64,000 bases of DNA from the NCBI GenBank assembly GCA_051530055.1, contig CM121342.1, positions 654,797 to 718,796 on the forward strand, in the 5' to 3' direction. Shown here in pieces: positions 26,063 through 38,187 of the stretch. The notes under the pieces are model-generated. The model did not search any database. It was not told the DNA's origin and saw only the letters and a list, made by a program, of their open reading frames with translations. A program made the position numbers and the translations under genes. Numbering within the stretch: position 1 is the first letter of the stretch; each line of letters starts with the position of its first letter. Source of the stretch: Neoechinorhynchus agilis. Taxonomy: Eukaryota; Animalia; Acanthocephala.

Positions 26063-28502
26063 ATGAAAATAATTTCATTACTTTCGTTCGCCTATCTGTA
26101 TGCAAGATCATTGGATGAATATGAAGATTGTATTAGACGACGGTTCGAAATAGCCAGAAATGGATTTGTCAATGGCATAGACGTGTTTGCTACTAGGAAT
26201 TCGACATTTATTTTTCACTGCCGTTTTTGTCCTCTATACCATGAAAACGATTCGAGGATTAGTTGGTTTAGATTTAGGTACAACACGAATGTGGTTGAAG
26301 AGATAAAGACGGAACGTATTAAAACACCACTTGAGTACATTAATGATTTATTATTGGATAAATTAAATAAAGAAGCAAGATTCTATGCTGACAAGAATTT
26401 TCTTGAAATCAGATTGGTTAACGAAAAGGACGAAGGATGGTATTGGTGCGCAATTGATGGTTACCGCTTATTTTCATATCATCTGTCTGTGAGTTCTTTT
26501 GCAATGAGTGAAGCTCAAAAAAGGCATCGCTCGGTTGTACTCGAGACAGCCGATTTCGCTAGAGTCGCAATTGCCTTTTAATTGAATGTACAAATTTATC
26601 TCTACTATGTGAAACATTCATTTGATCTAGAAAAATCTGAAAGTCTAAATGAAGACCATTATTTAAACCTGATCTTCTAGTGATTAAGTCGAATGCAAAT
26701 ACCCACTTTTAGGATCAAATCTAATAAAATCACAGCTATTTTGATTTGAAAAGACAAAAAATACTAATAGGCCAACCTTGGGTAATCATGTTCAAAAATT
26801 GAAACATGTCATGGACATTTTCAAAAAATTATCTAAAAGTAATCAATAAAATTCCGTCCTTTCGTCCGTTACACCAGAACGCAGCTGAGTGATCCAGAGA
26901 GGCGGTGGTGTACATGTCTAAAAACATTACCCAGTAAATCATTAAAATTAATTTGAATCGGTGATGATTTAAACATTCAGTTTAATTGCCACTATTACTA
27001 AATCGATGAAAGATTCTTAATAGGTAGCCATTTTTATCTTTAGTTTTTTGAGATTGATTCATGTAAAATTTTTTTAGGAACATCAACTTTAATTCAAAAT
27101 TAGTATTATAAAAATAACGTATCTGCGGAAACGTCTTTAAAGAGCTTTTTCAACGTGAAATCTCCATTAGTTTTTTAAATTAAAATAAAAAATCGATCTT
27201 TATTATTTTGCCAACTAGTAACTTCATTAATTCCCATTTGACTTAAAACCTTCAAACCTTCAACCCATCAAAGTCCAAGCGGTCTTGAAATTTGCCTTGC
27301 ATTTTTTGACAATCTATCCTTCATAGGCATTAAACTTCCTGTATGAAGTCCATCTATTGCTTGTGGATATAAAAACTTAAGACGGAGAGATTATTTTTTG
27401 ATACATATTCCATAAGAATTGTTTTTTTATCTTCCATTATGAACCTTTATACAAAAGCGTTCCTTTTTTTATGAAGAGTCTAAAAAATGGAAAGACGGTC
27501 ATTTGTTAAGGATGATATTTTACGACCTTTCTCCCACATAAAATCTTATCTTAAAACAAATCACTGATGTTCTATTTAGTAGCTGTTGCTTTTGTCATTC
27601 AGATCGATAACTGCTTTCAGTTTTCATTCTTTCATGCGGGGAATTCGCACCCTTCCTGTACGCTGCTACTCGCTATAGCAATTCCGTCTCTAACGTTTAC
27701 ACCATCAGTCGACAGTCGTACGAACTTACGGAATGTCAGTGTCCCCAAAGAGCCGTTTGTCAACGTTTGGAGTACTGTTCAATCAAATTTGACTTAAGAG
27801 GTTTATGGTCCACGTTCGAAACTGGATTATGGTGTCAATCGAGATCACTGCCTTATTGGATCCGAGACAAACATTTTGAATGGACCATCAAAACTAGGAT
27901 TGTCCAATCAAGAATCGATTGCGGCAATGAGAGTGATCTGTCTTCATTTCAACTTATTGGACACTTAGCAACTGTCCGGACTTTAGCAGTAAAAGATAGA
28001 GATTCTGTTGAACTAGAATGTCCTTATCTTATTTATCCTTTTGAGGTTCAATGGATGCTCAATGGACAACCGGTTGAGACTAAAATTCAACCGACGTTGT
28101 TTACGCTTTCTGTATATTGTGTTCACATTCAAATTTGTTTAATTTCCTATTTGCGTTTCTAAAGATGAACACGCAATCCTGGGGTATTCTAATATTGAAA
28201 CTCTTTTTTTCACTCAAATTACCGTTGATCGTCGGCTGAATTTTACTCCTTTAGATGACATTGAACACCTAATGGTTGATCCATTATCGGGCAAATTGAT
28301 TATTGTGGAACTGCGACAATCACATCTCGGGAACTACACTTGCGTTCACGCACCTTCGTCCATTACGCTCGCAGTGTTCCAGCTTATCTTGGACAGTAAC
28401 TTATCTCTGATTTCCACATACGTTCAGATTCCTGGAATCACTGCTTTCGTGATGGTGACAGTTATTGTAACCGTATCCTCGTGCTTTTTCGTAAGAGACT
28501 AG
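26063..28502 (+). CDS. Ig-domain type I membrane protein, FAM187A-like
   Basis: Signal peptide, Ig domain (C..W..DEGWYWC), Cys-rich middle (WCQSRSLP), second Ig (VELECP..W..GNYTC), C-terminal TM helix. Confidence 0.6.
26853..26916 (+). mobile_element. CRE-like 3' end fragment inside the long FAM187-like insert
   Basis: GCAGCTGAGTGATCCAGAGAGGCGGTGGTGTACATG. Confidence 0.65.
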
Positions 28503-28604
28503 TTTTGGTGTAGTGCCACTGCTTTTACCATCCAGATTATGTTAGCATAATGCTTCCGACTTTCCCCATTTCTCACATATAAGGCCCATTTCTCTTTTTT
28601 CAGA

Positions 28605-29972
28605 ATGATATCCAGAGCATCACAACAAATGAGATCTTCGTTGGTCAAATCCATACCATCAGTCGCCGCGATTCAAAGTCGCCTCATATCTAGTGCAACG
28701 AATAAATTTAAAGTCCTCGTTTACTCCGCAAAGGAATACGACATTCGTCATCTACAGAAAGGGGTCGAACGCTCTTCTATCAAAGACCGTGTGGAATTAG
28801 CTTTCGAAAAAGAAAATTTAAGTGCTCAAACAGTGCATCGTGCTAAAGCTCACAATGGGATCTGCATCTTTGTCAATGATGATGCCAAATCTGGGGATGT
28901 TGTCAATAATCTCAAAAGCCTAGGAGTTAAACTCGTCCTATTGCGATGCGCAGGTTTCAATAATGTCGATGTTCATAAGGCAGTTAGTGGTGGAATTAAG
29001 TTGGCACGAGTGCCAGCTTATTCACCGTACTGTGTGGAACAAGGTTTCCTCTTTAATGCTGTTTTGGGTGGAACGGTCTTGTCCGAAATATTGCCAAGGA
29101 TTTTTCTAATTTAACTCATTTAAATTTTTACAGTGCTAAAATCAACCAAATTGAAGATTTGACACATAAATACGCTAGAAAATCGGTCAATTTTGGTCGT
29201 CATCGGAAATATTAAAAAAAATTGAAGACTCATTCCGATAAATTACACTTTAAAATTTAATTCTCACATGGGGAGAAATCCTGTTGTAGCAGAATTTTCC
29301 GTCGGATGTCTCCTTGCACTTCAACGAAACATCAATCGTGCCCAGCAACGAGTATCGATTCATAACTTTAGTCTCGAAGGTCTGGAAGGTTTTGAACTCC
29401 ATGGCAAAACTGTGGGAATCATCGGTGCTGGAAAGATTGGTCAAGCCACTGCTGCAATCTACAAAGGATTCGGGTGCAAAGTTTTTGCCTATGATGTTTA
29501 CAAGGACAATCAAGCAGCTTCGAAAATTGGTTTCACCTACGAGGATGACCTCAATAAGCTATACTCAAGTTGCGATGTCGTAAGTCTTCACGCTCCACTG
29601 ACAAAAGATAATCATCACATGATTAACTCGGATGCAATCGCGAAGATGAAAAAGGGAGCGTACTTGATTAATGTTGGACGAGGAGCTCTTGTCGATTCCA
29701 AGGCTCTTCTCGACGGCTTGAAGTCCGGCAAAGTAGGAGGAGCTTGTCTTGATGTATACGAACATGAAGCCGCCGTTTTCTATTCTGATCATTCGACCAA
29801 AGTCCCAAAGGATGACCTATTGTCGCTTCTCATCTCATGTCCTAACGTATTGGTAACCTCTCACCAAGCATTCCTTACCACTGAAGCTCTTACTAACATC
29901 GCTGATACCACGCTGGGAAATCTTACGGAATTCCTCGAAGGAAAGAAGTTGACTAACGAAGTATTACCATAA
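28605..29972 (+). CDS. NAD-dependent D-lactate dehydrogenase (LdhA-type D-2-hydroxyacid dehydrogenase) with putative mitochondrial presequence; interrupted at 29036-29287
   Basis: LRCAGFNNVD, RVPAYSP, ELHGKTVGIIGAGKIG, SLHAPLT, INVGRG, LDVYEHE, VTSHQAFLT. Confidence 0.92.
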
Positions 29973-30231
29973 ATCGGTGATGGCGAAAAAGAAACTGTAG
30001 GACAAAACAGTGGATGGGTTTTGTGTCGAGTAGGATATGGGGGATTTGGGGAAGTTAATTGAAACTGCGTTTATAGGGGATTTCCGTCCATGTGATATAA
30101 TTAAGCATGAAAATATTTTAAATCTTAACTTTTAGCTTAATGAAAACTAGAATATTTCGCCATTATGATCCATTCGAATGGATCATTCGTCGATGACGTC
30201 TGTAGCCCAAACCTTTACCACAAAAAGTTTG

Positions 30232-32349
30232 TCAATTATTTGACTCTCGCGGCAGGCATTCCCGCAATCTTTGAGCAGCATATTCCGGTGTTATATCTCG
30301 TTGAGGTTGTGCAAACATCTCATAACCGACCATGTATTTCTTTATGGCTGCTGATCGAAGAAGGGGCGGATTGAAGACGACATGCATGATCCAATGTTCA
30401 GATGAATCGAATCGTTTTCCCACTGGAGTCCCAAATATTCCCATTGAATAAGGAAACGTCATTTGAAAAAGGTTGTCGTATTTACTTATGGTCAATTTAA
30501 GTATTTTCCCGAAATATCTCACTTGATCTGAATTGAGTTCTGTTATACAATGGACTTTCGATTTTGGCAAAATCATTGTCTCATACGGCCATTCAGCCCA
30601 GAATGGTACCAAACATATAAATTCTTTGTTCTCAGCCACAACCCGATTTTTAGTCGCATGATTTGCTATTTCTATTTTCATGTAGTCAAAAAGAAGCTGG
30701 GAATTGTGGGTTAATGCTCAATGTTCCATTATCATGTCGGTGAATTTCTTACAAATCTTTTAACGGGACGTCTTTACATTCGATAAGGAATATATCGACA
30801 TTCATAATTTCCTGGCCCACAACGAAATGGAAGGCACAGTTTGTATGAGAACCAATATACTTTGATATTTACATTAATATCTCAAATATTTAATGCGTTT
30901 TCTCTATACTGCGAGTTTTTCTCTCCTCGAGATTTATTTGTAAACATGCAAATTTTCGAGGCCTCAACCTCCTTATCAAGCATTGCTTGCGTGCAATAAT
31001 ATTCGATAAATTCAAAGATCTAAAAAGAATAAGCGTCAAGTTCCGCATGGAGGAAAGGGTGACTTAGGGTTAAAGAATATCCTATAAAACAACTATAAAT
31101 ATCGGTCCCGTGAGTGGTTTAACCCAGTACGCTGGTTGTACTAAGCCTTTACTAACTAAAAGGGAATGAAATTTACTATTAATGAAGGAAATAGAAACGA
31201 TATATCCATGTTGAAAAAGGAAGGTCCTTTTTACAAGCAAAATTTCTACAATCCAATTCCGAAGTATGTGTAAAAATGCTACCAGCTCTGAGTTTTGTAA
31301 TGGAAATTCGTAGTGAGTTAATATTTAGTAAATTCATTCGCAAATTGTACAGTGAGCACTTTTCAGGTGGGGGAAGGTTCTAATCGACATTAAAAACGTA
31401 GACTTCGTAGCATGATGAAGAACGTTCTTAGAGATGCTTATGAGGACCCAAAGGTACATGGGTCCTCCAATTCTTTGTATTTTTTAACAATAAACGTGTT
31501 ATTATTGTAAACTAGGAAATTAAAGCACGAAACCCAGATAAAGCTAGACCGATTGTGATGCTTATTAAAAAAATTAATTAATTTTGTTTCAAAGCAATAA
31601 GGCGTAACCAGTCAAACTTATTTTCCTTGAAAACCCGATATTTTGCCATATACAATAATGTAGTTATTGCACGATTCCTTATAGCAAATCGAGAAAATTA
31701 TTTAGCTAAGTCTCATTTCGAAAAAGGTGACAAAAAAGAAGTTTTCAGAGCTGATCTCTGAAATAAATGGAAAATCGAGCAATTGAAGGTATGCACTCTG
31801 AGTTTTATCCTTCCGATCAATTTCGCAAGGAAGGTTCCGAGTGGCCCATATTTGGCAATGAGGATGTGGATTGGAGCAACCCATAAGTGATCCCCTGTTC
31901 TCGAAAATTTGAATCCAATCAAACCTTCCCGTTTTCTTCATTTCCAGATAAACGGTAATCCACGTTCTGACAATCTTCTCGACCTGCTCGTCCGACATAT
32001 TTGGAATAGTCATCTTCCTGTCTGGATGATAGCACATCACTTTACATTCTCCCGATTCCAGTCGAACTTTGAGTAGATCATCATTTGATTGAGAAACGAC
32101 ACTCGAAACGACTTCAGTTACGTTAAATGCCGGAAAATCGTTGTTAAAGACAAAAACATCTTTATAATCTAAATTTTTGATGCCGGAATATCGGAAGGCG
32201 CCCGGCATCAGACTATTGTCCATGGATTCAACCTTCTCATCGGATTTAGACCCTTCGCCTGACCAAGGACGATTAACTCTGTGAGGACTCACTAACGTCC
32301 ATTTGTCCAATAGGGGATTGTATCTGGAGTGGGAATATTCGCTCTCCAT
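30232..32349 (-). CDS. GALT: Galactose-1-phosphate uridylyltransferase; interrupted at 30713-31783
   Basis: RYNPLLDKWTLVSPHRVNRPWSG, FENRGSLMGCSNPHPHCQIW, VPFWAEWPYET, FPYSMG, GYEMFAQPQRDITPE. Confidence 0.95.
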
Positions 32350-33075
32350 ATTCTGTGTACCGTTGTTACTATGACGCTCAGGTAAAGACGAGAGCTTCGA
32401 GAATTTTAAAAGAAAGATACGAAACGATGTGAGCACAGCTTTTGAAGTAAACTTTCGTGACAATATCGTTAAATCGACTTTTTCAGAGCAAAAAATAATG
32501 TTTAACGGATCTAACAAATTGGTCGGATGAAATCGTATGAATTTGGGTGTTTCCGAAAAAATACCAAAATTAGTCCTACAGAAGCGAAAAGTGTTATTTA
32601 CTCCAACGATTTCAAAACTACACGGTTTGAAAAAAAGGCAGAGTAAAATGCGATTTCTTTGTAATGATTATTTACAACTGAAGTCCCTTAAATTTACTTA
32701 AACTTCTATTGTTTCCCGTGGGGACAAGGTTGTGTTGGTCCAATCAGGGTTTCGCTTGACAACGAAACTAACTCCGTGTAGCCGTGATTATAATAACACA
32801 TTTATTTGTTACTTAACAAGAATTAGACCAATGTACATTTTGAGTCCTCATTTCGTCACCCAGTTTGCCTTCCCGACCTTCTCCTCGAATTATGCCTTCT
32901 GCGAGCCGCTTTGTTTCGCTCAAGGCTGCTACGTCGCCGTTGAATCGGGCTGCAACCCAAGCTCCTAATATGTGAGGTTTCGAACTGGAATATGTTGAGG
33001 TAGAAGGTTTTTGAAATTTGTAATTCTTTGTTTGATTAACAATTTTTTCTTTCTTTTTCAACAAGAACTTACAAA

Positions 33076-33250
33076 CATTCACACCACCGCTCTGGATCAC
33101 TCAGCTGCCTTAGTGATGTAACGGTCCAGAAGACGGATGCAGCGTTTCCTCTCGTTGCACAGATAGACTTATGTTTTGTAGGAGGAATGCTCCTTATCTC
33201 AAATCGCCAGTGATTCGTCTCAATCGCTTGATCAGATCTTGCGCTCCAAG
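33076..33250 (-). mobile_element. CRE-like 3' fragment
   Basis: About 170 bp similar to 3560-3705, same 3' terminus. Confidence 0.75.
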
Positions 33251-33623
33251 GGGATGATACTGAAAGGGGAAAGTGGCCGAAACAGATATTATTTGCCGCC
33301 AGGAAACAGGACCACGTGCCACTTTAACATTGCCCCAAATGATAAAGTCAAAAAAACCTTGATAAAGGCGTACAAGATTGTGCCGAAATATCAGATTTTA
33401 AAATAAAATCATTTTAATTTCTTCACTATAAAACAACCAATATGAACAGTTCAGCCTTCAAACACACAGTAACATTGATTGTCTTTTTAATATTTTATCA
33501 GAAATGAACTTTCTTAGATTGAGATGAATAATGGAGGTATTACGATTTTCAAACAAAATTAAATTTTTTATTGAAATATGATGCCAGTTTCATCTAAAAA
33601 TTTACTTCTTAAAGCCATAAGAT

Positions 33624-33815
33624 CATTCACACCACCGTTTTGGATCACTCAGCTGCCGTCCTGCTGTAACGGTAGAAATGACGGATGTAGCGTTCCCTCT
33701 TTACACAGCCCAACTTATGTTTTGTAGGAAGAATGCTCCTTATCTCGGATCGCCAGTGATTCGTCTCAATCTCTTAGACAATTGCTTGAACAGGTCCTGC
33801 GTCGCGGTACCAAAC
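33624..33815 (-). mobile_element. CRE-like 3' fragment
   Basis: Highly similar to 3520-3705. Confidence 0.8.
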
Positions 33816-34461
33816 TATGCCATCAGTTATCTTTCAAAGGATACAATTTAAAAGTGGCCGACGACAAATCGAATTTCATATAAATGTGAGGCAATTGGAA
33901 AAATAACGATGGGAGAGACGCAACTAAACACGGGACGCCCAAACTGTGAACGATCATGCCAGAATGGTTTGAAGTGGACGATGTTAACCCATCATTTCTA
34001 GGGGCATTCCCATGCAAGGTAGGCTGGGTACTCTTGAATAGGCCAGCCCAGGTCACGAATCCAGCTGCCGTACTGCTCTGTCACGGCCGTTCACCGGAGG
34101 GCGACCATCTTGGATTCGCCGCGGTGTGCCTTCGCGTGCTATGGAGCTCTCAGATATTCAAGCCTGCCCACTTGCTTGCGATACCGTCAGAACTTGTTAT
34201 CGATGGGAAAAGACTGAAGTTCGAAGATAGTTGAAAATGGATGAAAGCCATTCGCGGAGGGGTTTGTTCAAGTTGCTCATAACTGCGCGACTGCCACAAT
34301 TGGTCGGCATACAGTCTCGTTGAAACTGGTCGCAGTGAGCGGTCCCAATCTTTTTTCGCCTTGCTGCGCCTGCCCACCGGGAGAGGGTCGCATTCGACAA
34401 GGTCAGCTGTTGGGTCCGAAAGGCTCTCTTCTGCCAGATCCGCCGCCGGAGTCAATAACAC

Positions 34462-34712
34462 ATTTTATTTATTTCGTTTAAGAAGAGCACCCATGTATCT
34501 CTGGGTCCTCGTGATCACTTTAGAGTTGATGACGGATCCGGTGTGGATGACGGATCCGGAGGGTGACGGTCGACGACCTTAAGCCCCAGATACTAGCCCC
34601 CTTTTTAGTCCGATGGGTAAAACGTTCTACCCCCGAAGCACAGGCTTCCCTCGATCAGCCACCTGGGGACACACCGCTTTGGGGTTTCAGGTTCCGTGGG
34701 CCACCCCTTTAA
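34462..34712 (-). repeat. SINE-like repeat with an 18-bp VNTR and an (AAAT)n tail; second copy 61363-61557
   Basis: GTGGATGACGGATCCGG(T/A) units next to a shared ~60 bp block (AAGAAGAG.ACCCATGTATC.CTGG...) and TTTATTTATT. Confidence 0.6.
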
Positions 34713-34869
34713 ATAATATGCAAAACGTCGACAATGAAAACGTTTCATACCTCGTTGGGTTCATTATCAGTTCTAAAATACAAATTTCTAATGGTTATTC
34801 TGCTCTTACACGAGCTTATGGTTGATTGTGCTGTTCCTTTTTTTTATAGCCATGAAGACAGATTTTGTA

Positions 34870-35721
34870 ACTAAGAACTAAGAACTTCGATTTTATTGTG
34901 AATTTTCGGCCTTAGCGTAGGCCTTCTTCAGACTATCTAAAATGTATCAGTCACAAATCCTATGTCCTTTTGGAACGATATCTGGCGGAACGCGTAGGCG
35001 GAGTGTGTAATCGCCCTTGTTGTGCGTAAATGTATGCACTGTTTGGATAAACATCGCCTCCATCGTCATTCTATCCCGTCGGTTTCTACACTCTGCGAGA
35101 ACCTCAGTTGCTCCAAAATCGATTGATGTCCAATCTCAATCGTATGATGTACAATCGCGGACTTCGTATCCATTTGTTTGGAGACAGCTCTCCGGTGTTC
35201 AACTAGACGCCTCTTGAGATTGTTCGTCCTACATACGATTGATCACAATCCCTGCAGGGGATTTTATAAACACACTCTGTTGCACCATCAACTGTTCTTT
35301 TAGGTTGCAACATGCTGTACATTGTCTGTCCCTTCTTGCAATATAGAACACACTCCTTCTTCACATCGAATCGTTTGACCAAGGTTTCAATATTACAGTT
35401 CCAATTCTCGTTAATATATGGAACTTCAATATATCGGGTGTCTGCATTCGTTGAAGGAACGATATCCCGATCTTTTGTGGGTGGCCGTCGGATAGTTTGC
35501 TGGACATTTTTCCATGTCCATAATAATAGTTTTCTTGGATAGCCTACTATCGAGACTAACTCAGAGTTGTCGTGGATGCATCTCTTTGCGCTCCCTAGAC
35601 TAGCGTTTTCCGCTGGTGATGGTTCTGGGGGATCACGCTTAGTCGACCAATTTGCAGGGGGGAGAGTTGAATCCCAAAGCAATTGAGTTATTTTTCTGCG
35701 CATCTTTGTGTGAACTCGCAA
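34870..35721 (-). mobile_element. Penelope-like element 3' part: GIY-YIG endonuclease with frameshifts, then pLTR hammerhead
   Basis: CVYKIPCRDCDQSYVGRT...KRRLVEHRR...SAIVHH...MEAMFI. Confidence 0.85.
34898..34933 (-). ncRNA. Minimal type I hammerhead ribozyme motif
   Basis: GU-CUGAAGA-A-GGCCU acgcua AGGCC-GAAA-AU-UC-AC. Confidence 0.7.
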
Positions 35722-35769
35722 AAAGAAAGGTGGGATCAGTCCGTTGCAATTGGAGCAACTCTGCGCCGC

Positions 35770-36070
35770 TTAACAGCGAAAAGGTTAAATTAAAGGATCG
35801 CAGAATACTCAGTTTGTCTCACATCAATAGCAGTGGGCATGAAATCAATTTTGATGGCGTCGAGGTTCTTGCGTGGAGTGACGTAAGACGCGACAAAGTG
35901 ACTATGGAAGCCATCATTATCCAGCAAACAGGTACTTTTGTTGTCAACAAAGCTGACTACAAACTCGGTCTGCGAGTCCCACCGGATAAACTATTTGACC
36001 ATGCTTCTTTTAAATTGTAGATTGACTGAAGAAGGCCAACGAAAAGGCCGAAAATTTTCAAGATAAAATT
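35770..36070 (+). mobile_element. Penelope-like GIY-YIG C-terminus/pLTR, inverted relative to 34870-35721
   Basis: HINSSGHEINFDGVEVLA...MEAIIIQ...NKADYKLGLRVPP parallels the minus-strand copy. Confidence 0.75.
36022..36061 (+). ncRNA. Minimal type I hammerhead ribozyme motif
   Basis: UUGA-CUGAAGA-A-GGCC aacgaaaa GGCC-GAAA-AU-UU-UCAA. Confidence 0.7.
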
Positions 36071-36149
36071 ATTTTCTGAATCAAACATCGCTAATTGAAA
36101 CTGAAACTATAATGAATAATTTCTTTACAATGGAATTTATCACTCTAGA

Positions 36150-36879
36150 ATGGTTGAAATTGCCAATCTTCAACCGCAACTTTCGTTGCTGTGTGAACGA
36201 GTTAATGAATTATCTTCACCCGAAGCTCTGCTCCTGATCAAGAACACCCTTTTTATTCCAAAACTATTATATAAGCTGCGCACAGCACCTTTTTTTAGAC
36301 ATAAGGATAAGCTGGCAAAATTAAGCGAGACGGTGAAAGCCTCTCTCGAGAAAATTTTAAATACTCAGCTGTCAGACAAGGCCTGGGGTCAAGCGTCCTT
36401 GCCTGTGTCGTCCGGCGGCTTGGGTATCCGAAAAGCAGCCGATATTTCTCTGGCACCTTATTTGGGATCATATGAAGCAAGCCGCAAAGTAGTTAAATCC
36501 GTTCTTGGCGAGAATTACACTTTGGATGAAGATTTCGTAAAGGCGCTTAATCTTTGGTGTGGAGATTCAGGCAGCGAGCAGGTACTAGTCAATGGTTGCA
36601 AACAATCAGTTTGGGACTTACCCCTGGTAGCGAGAATTCACAACTCTTTAATTTCAGATTCTCGCGACCTGGTGAACTAAACTCGATTGGCGGCAATCTC
36701 TACAAGAGAATCGGGTGCTTGGCTCAACGCTCTCCCAATCGCTTATGTGGACACCCTTCGCTCCGACGAGACAGTAAGGATTGCAGTGTCCTTGAGAGTT
36801 GGAGTACCGGTATCTCATCGTTGCAGTTGCGGAGCGACAGTGGAACCACGGGGACTAATCCAGAGCGGTGGTGTGAATG
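36150..36879 (+). mobile_element. CRE-like retroelement fragment (RT C-terminus/thumb), internally deleted, joined to the family 3' end
   Basis: ALLLIKNT..IPKLLYKLRT...QASLPVSSGGLGIR...GAWLNALP...VRIAVSLRVG. Confidence 0.8.
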
Positions 36880-36969
36880 GTTCCTGCTCCGAGATTCTTA
36901 AGGTTCTGTAAATAAATATTTGAAAGGAAAAAAATTTAGTGGACATACAAAAAGTATTTACAGGCATTC

Positions 36970-37035
36970 TCTCCACCACGCGGTACCAAACAACCCAAGT
37001 GTCTCAACGTCAAAGGGAACGAAATAATGATTTCG
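36970..37035 (-). mobile_element. CRE-like fragment
   Basis: Reverse complement matches the YFVPFDVETLG..GTA-coding region of 3470-3530. Confidence 0.55.
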
Positions 37036-37454
37036 ACCCATGTTCATTGGGTTTGGTGTTTTGATATCCTCAACGGCGTAGTTAACTTAAACAGTTTCGA
37101 TTCTATTTTTGTAGATTCTACGAGTATTCAGAAGTTAGTTTTAAAGAATTTCTTTGAATTTTAAGGTGTGTGCATTGTCAACGTTGCGTTTTCTATTAAA
37201 TCATTTTAAAATTTCCAGAAATCAAGTCTACTAAATGGTGAAATGTGACTGTAAATCTATAGAAAGTGTTTGAAAGACTCACATTATCCCTCGCCGTCTT
37301 CTACTCATTTGTCCCATGCACTGTTTATAGAAGGATTCATATACAAACTTGTTTTATGCGACCGAGTTTTTATCGTCTCCTAAATTCGGTACATCGCTTA
37401 AAAGGATCACCAATGACGAATACTGTCTCATCGATGTCTTTAGCGAATGACAGA

Positions 37455-38187
37455 ATGAAAGACGTCTCAATAGTGCCCCTTCCGCCATCAGGATCACAAT
37501 TTGTGAGACCATATCGCATACACTACACAGACGTCAACCATAAATCTCGAATTTACGATGCGGTTCAAGTTCACGATGCAGTTTCGATCGTTGTGTATTC
37601 TTTGAATAAGCGCGGTAGAATATCGAGGGAAGAGATACTTAACCGCTTATAGGCAGACTCTTATCATGGTCCGACAACTTCGTCCAGTTGTTTTTATAAC
37701 TATTGCCAAGGAAAGGAGTAAAAAGGCGACTGTGTCCCAGTTGAACAAGGAGGACTTTGACCGCATAGATGATCAGCTGGCTGTGACTTATGAGCTTTGC
37801 TCAGGTGTGGTTGATAAAGCGACGAGTCTTAAACAAATCGCACTGGATGAGGTTGAGGAGGAGTGCGGATACAAAGTGCCAGAGAAGTACCTTCAAGAGA
37901 TTACGGCACTGCGTGGAAGTCTTGGGATTCACGGATCGAAACTCACGATATACTATTGTGAAGTGACCGATGAAATGAAGGTTTCTGAGGGTGGCGGTAA
38001 AGCATCAGAGCATGAGTATATTGAAGTTTGCGAAATTGGAATCGGTAAGGTACGTGAGCTATTTTATGACGAATCCGTTGGGAAGGCTCCCAGCTTGATG
38101 GTCGGTCTCATGTGGTTTTTGTATGAACGCGAGGATTTTTTACGGAAGAGTGGATATGTGTCTCCTACGGTATCTAAAAATAAATAG
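37455..38187 (+). CDS. NUDT14: Nudix UDP-sugar pyrophosphatase (NUDT14-like); 43-bp interruption near 37607-37649; alternative upstream ATG at 37413
   Basis: VHDAVSIVVY...LIMVRQLRPVVF...TYELCSGVVDK...DEVEEECGY (Nudix box). Confidence 0.85.

Noticed and set aside
34600-34712. GC-rich segment as an HDV-like ribozyme
   Set aside because: The nested double pseudoknot could not be assigned by eye
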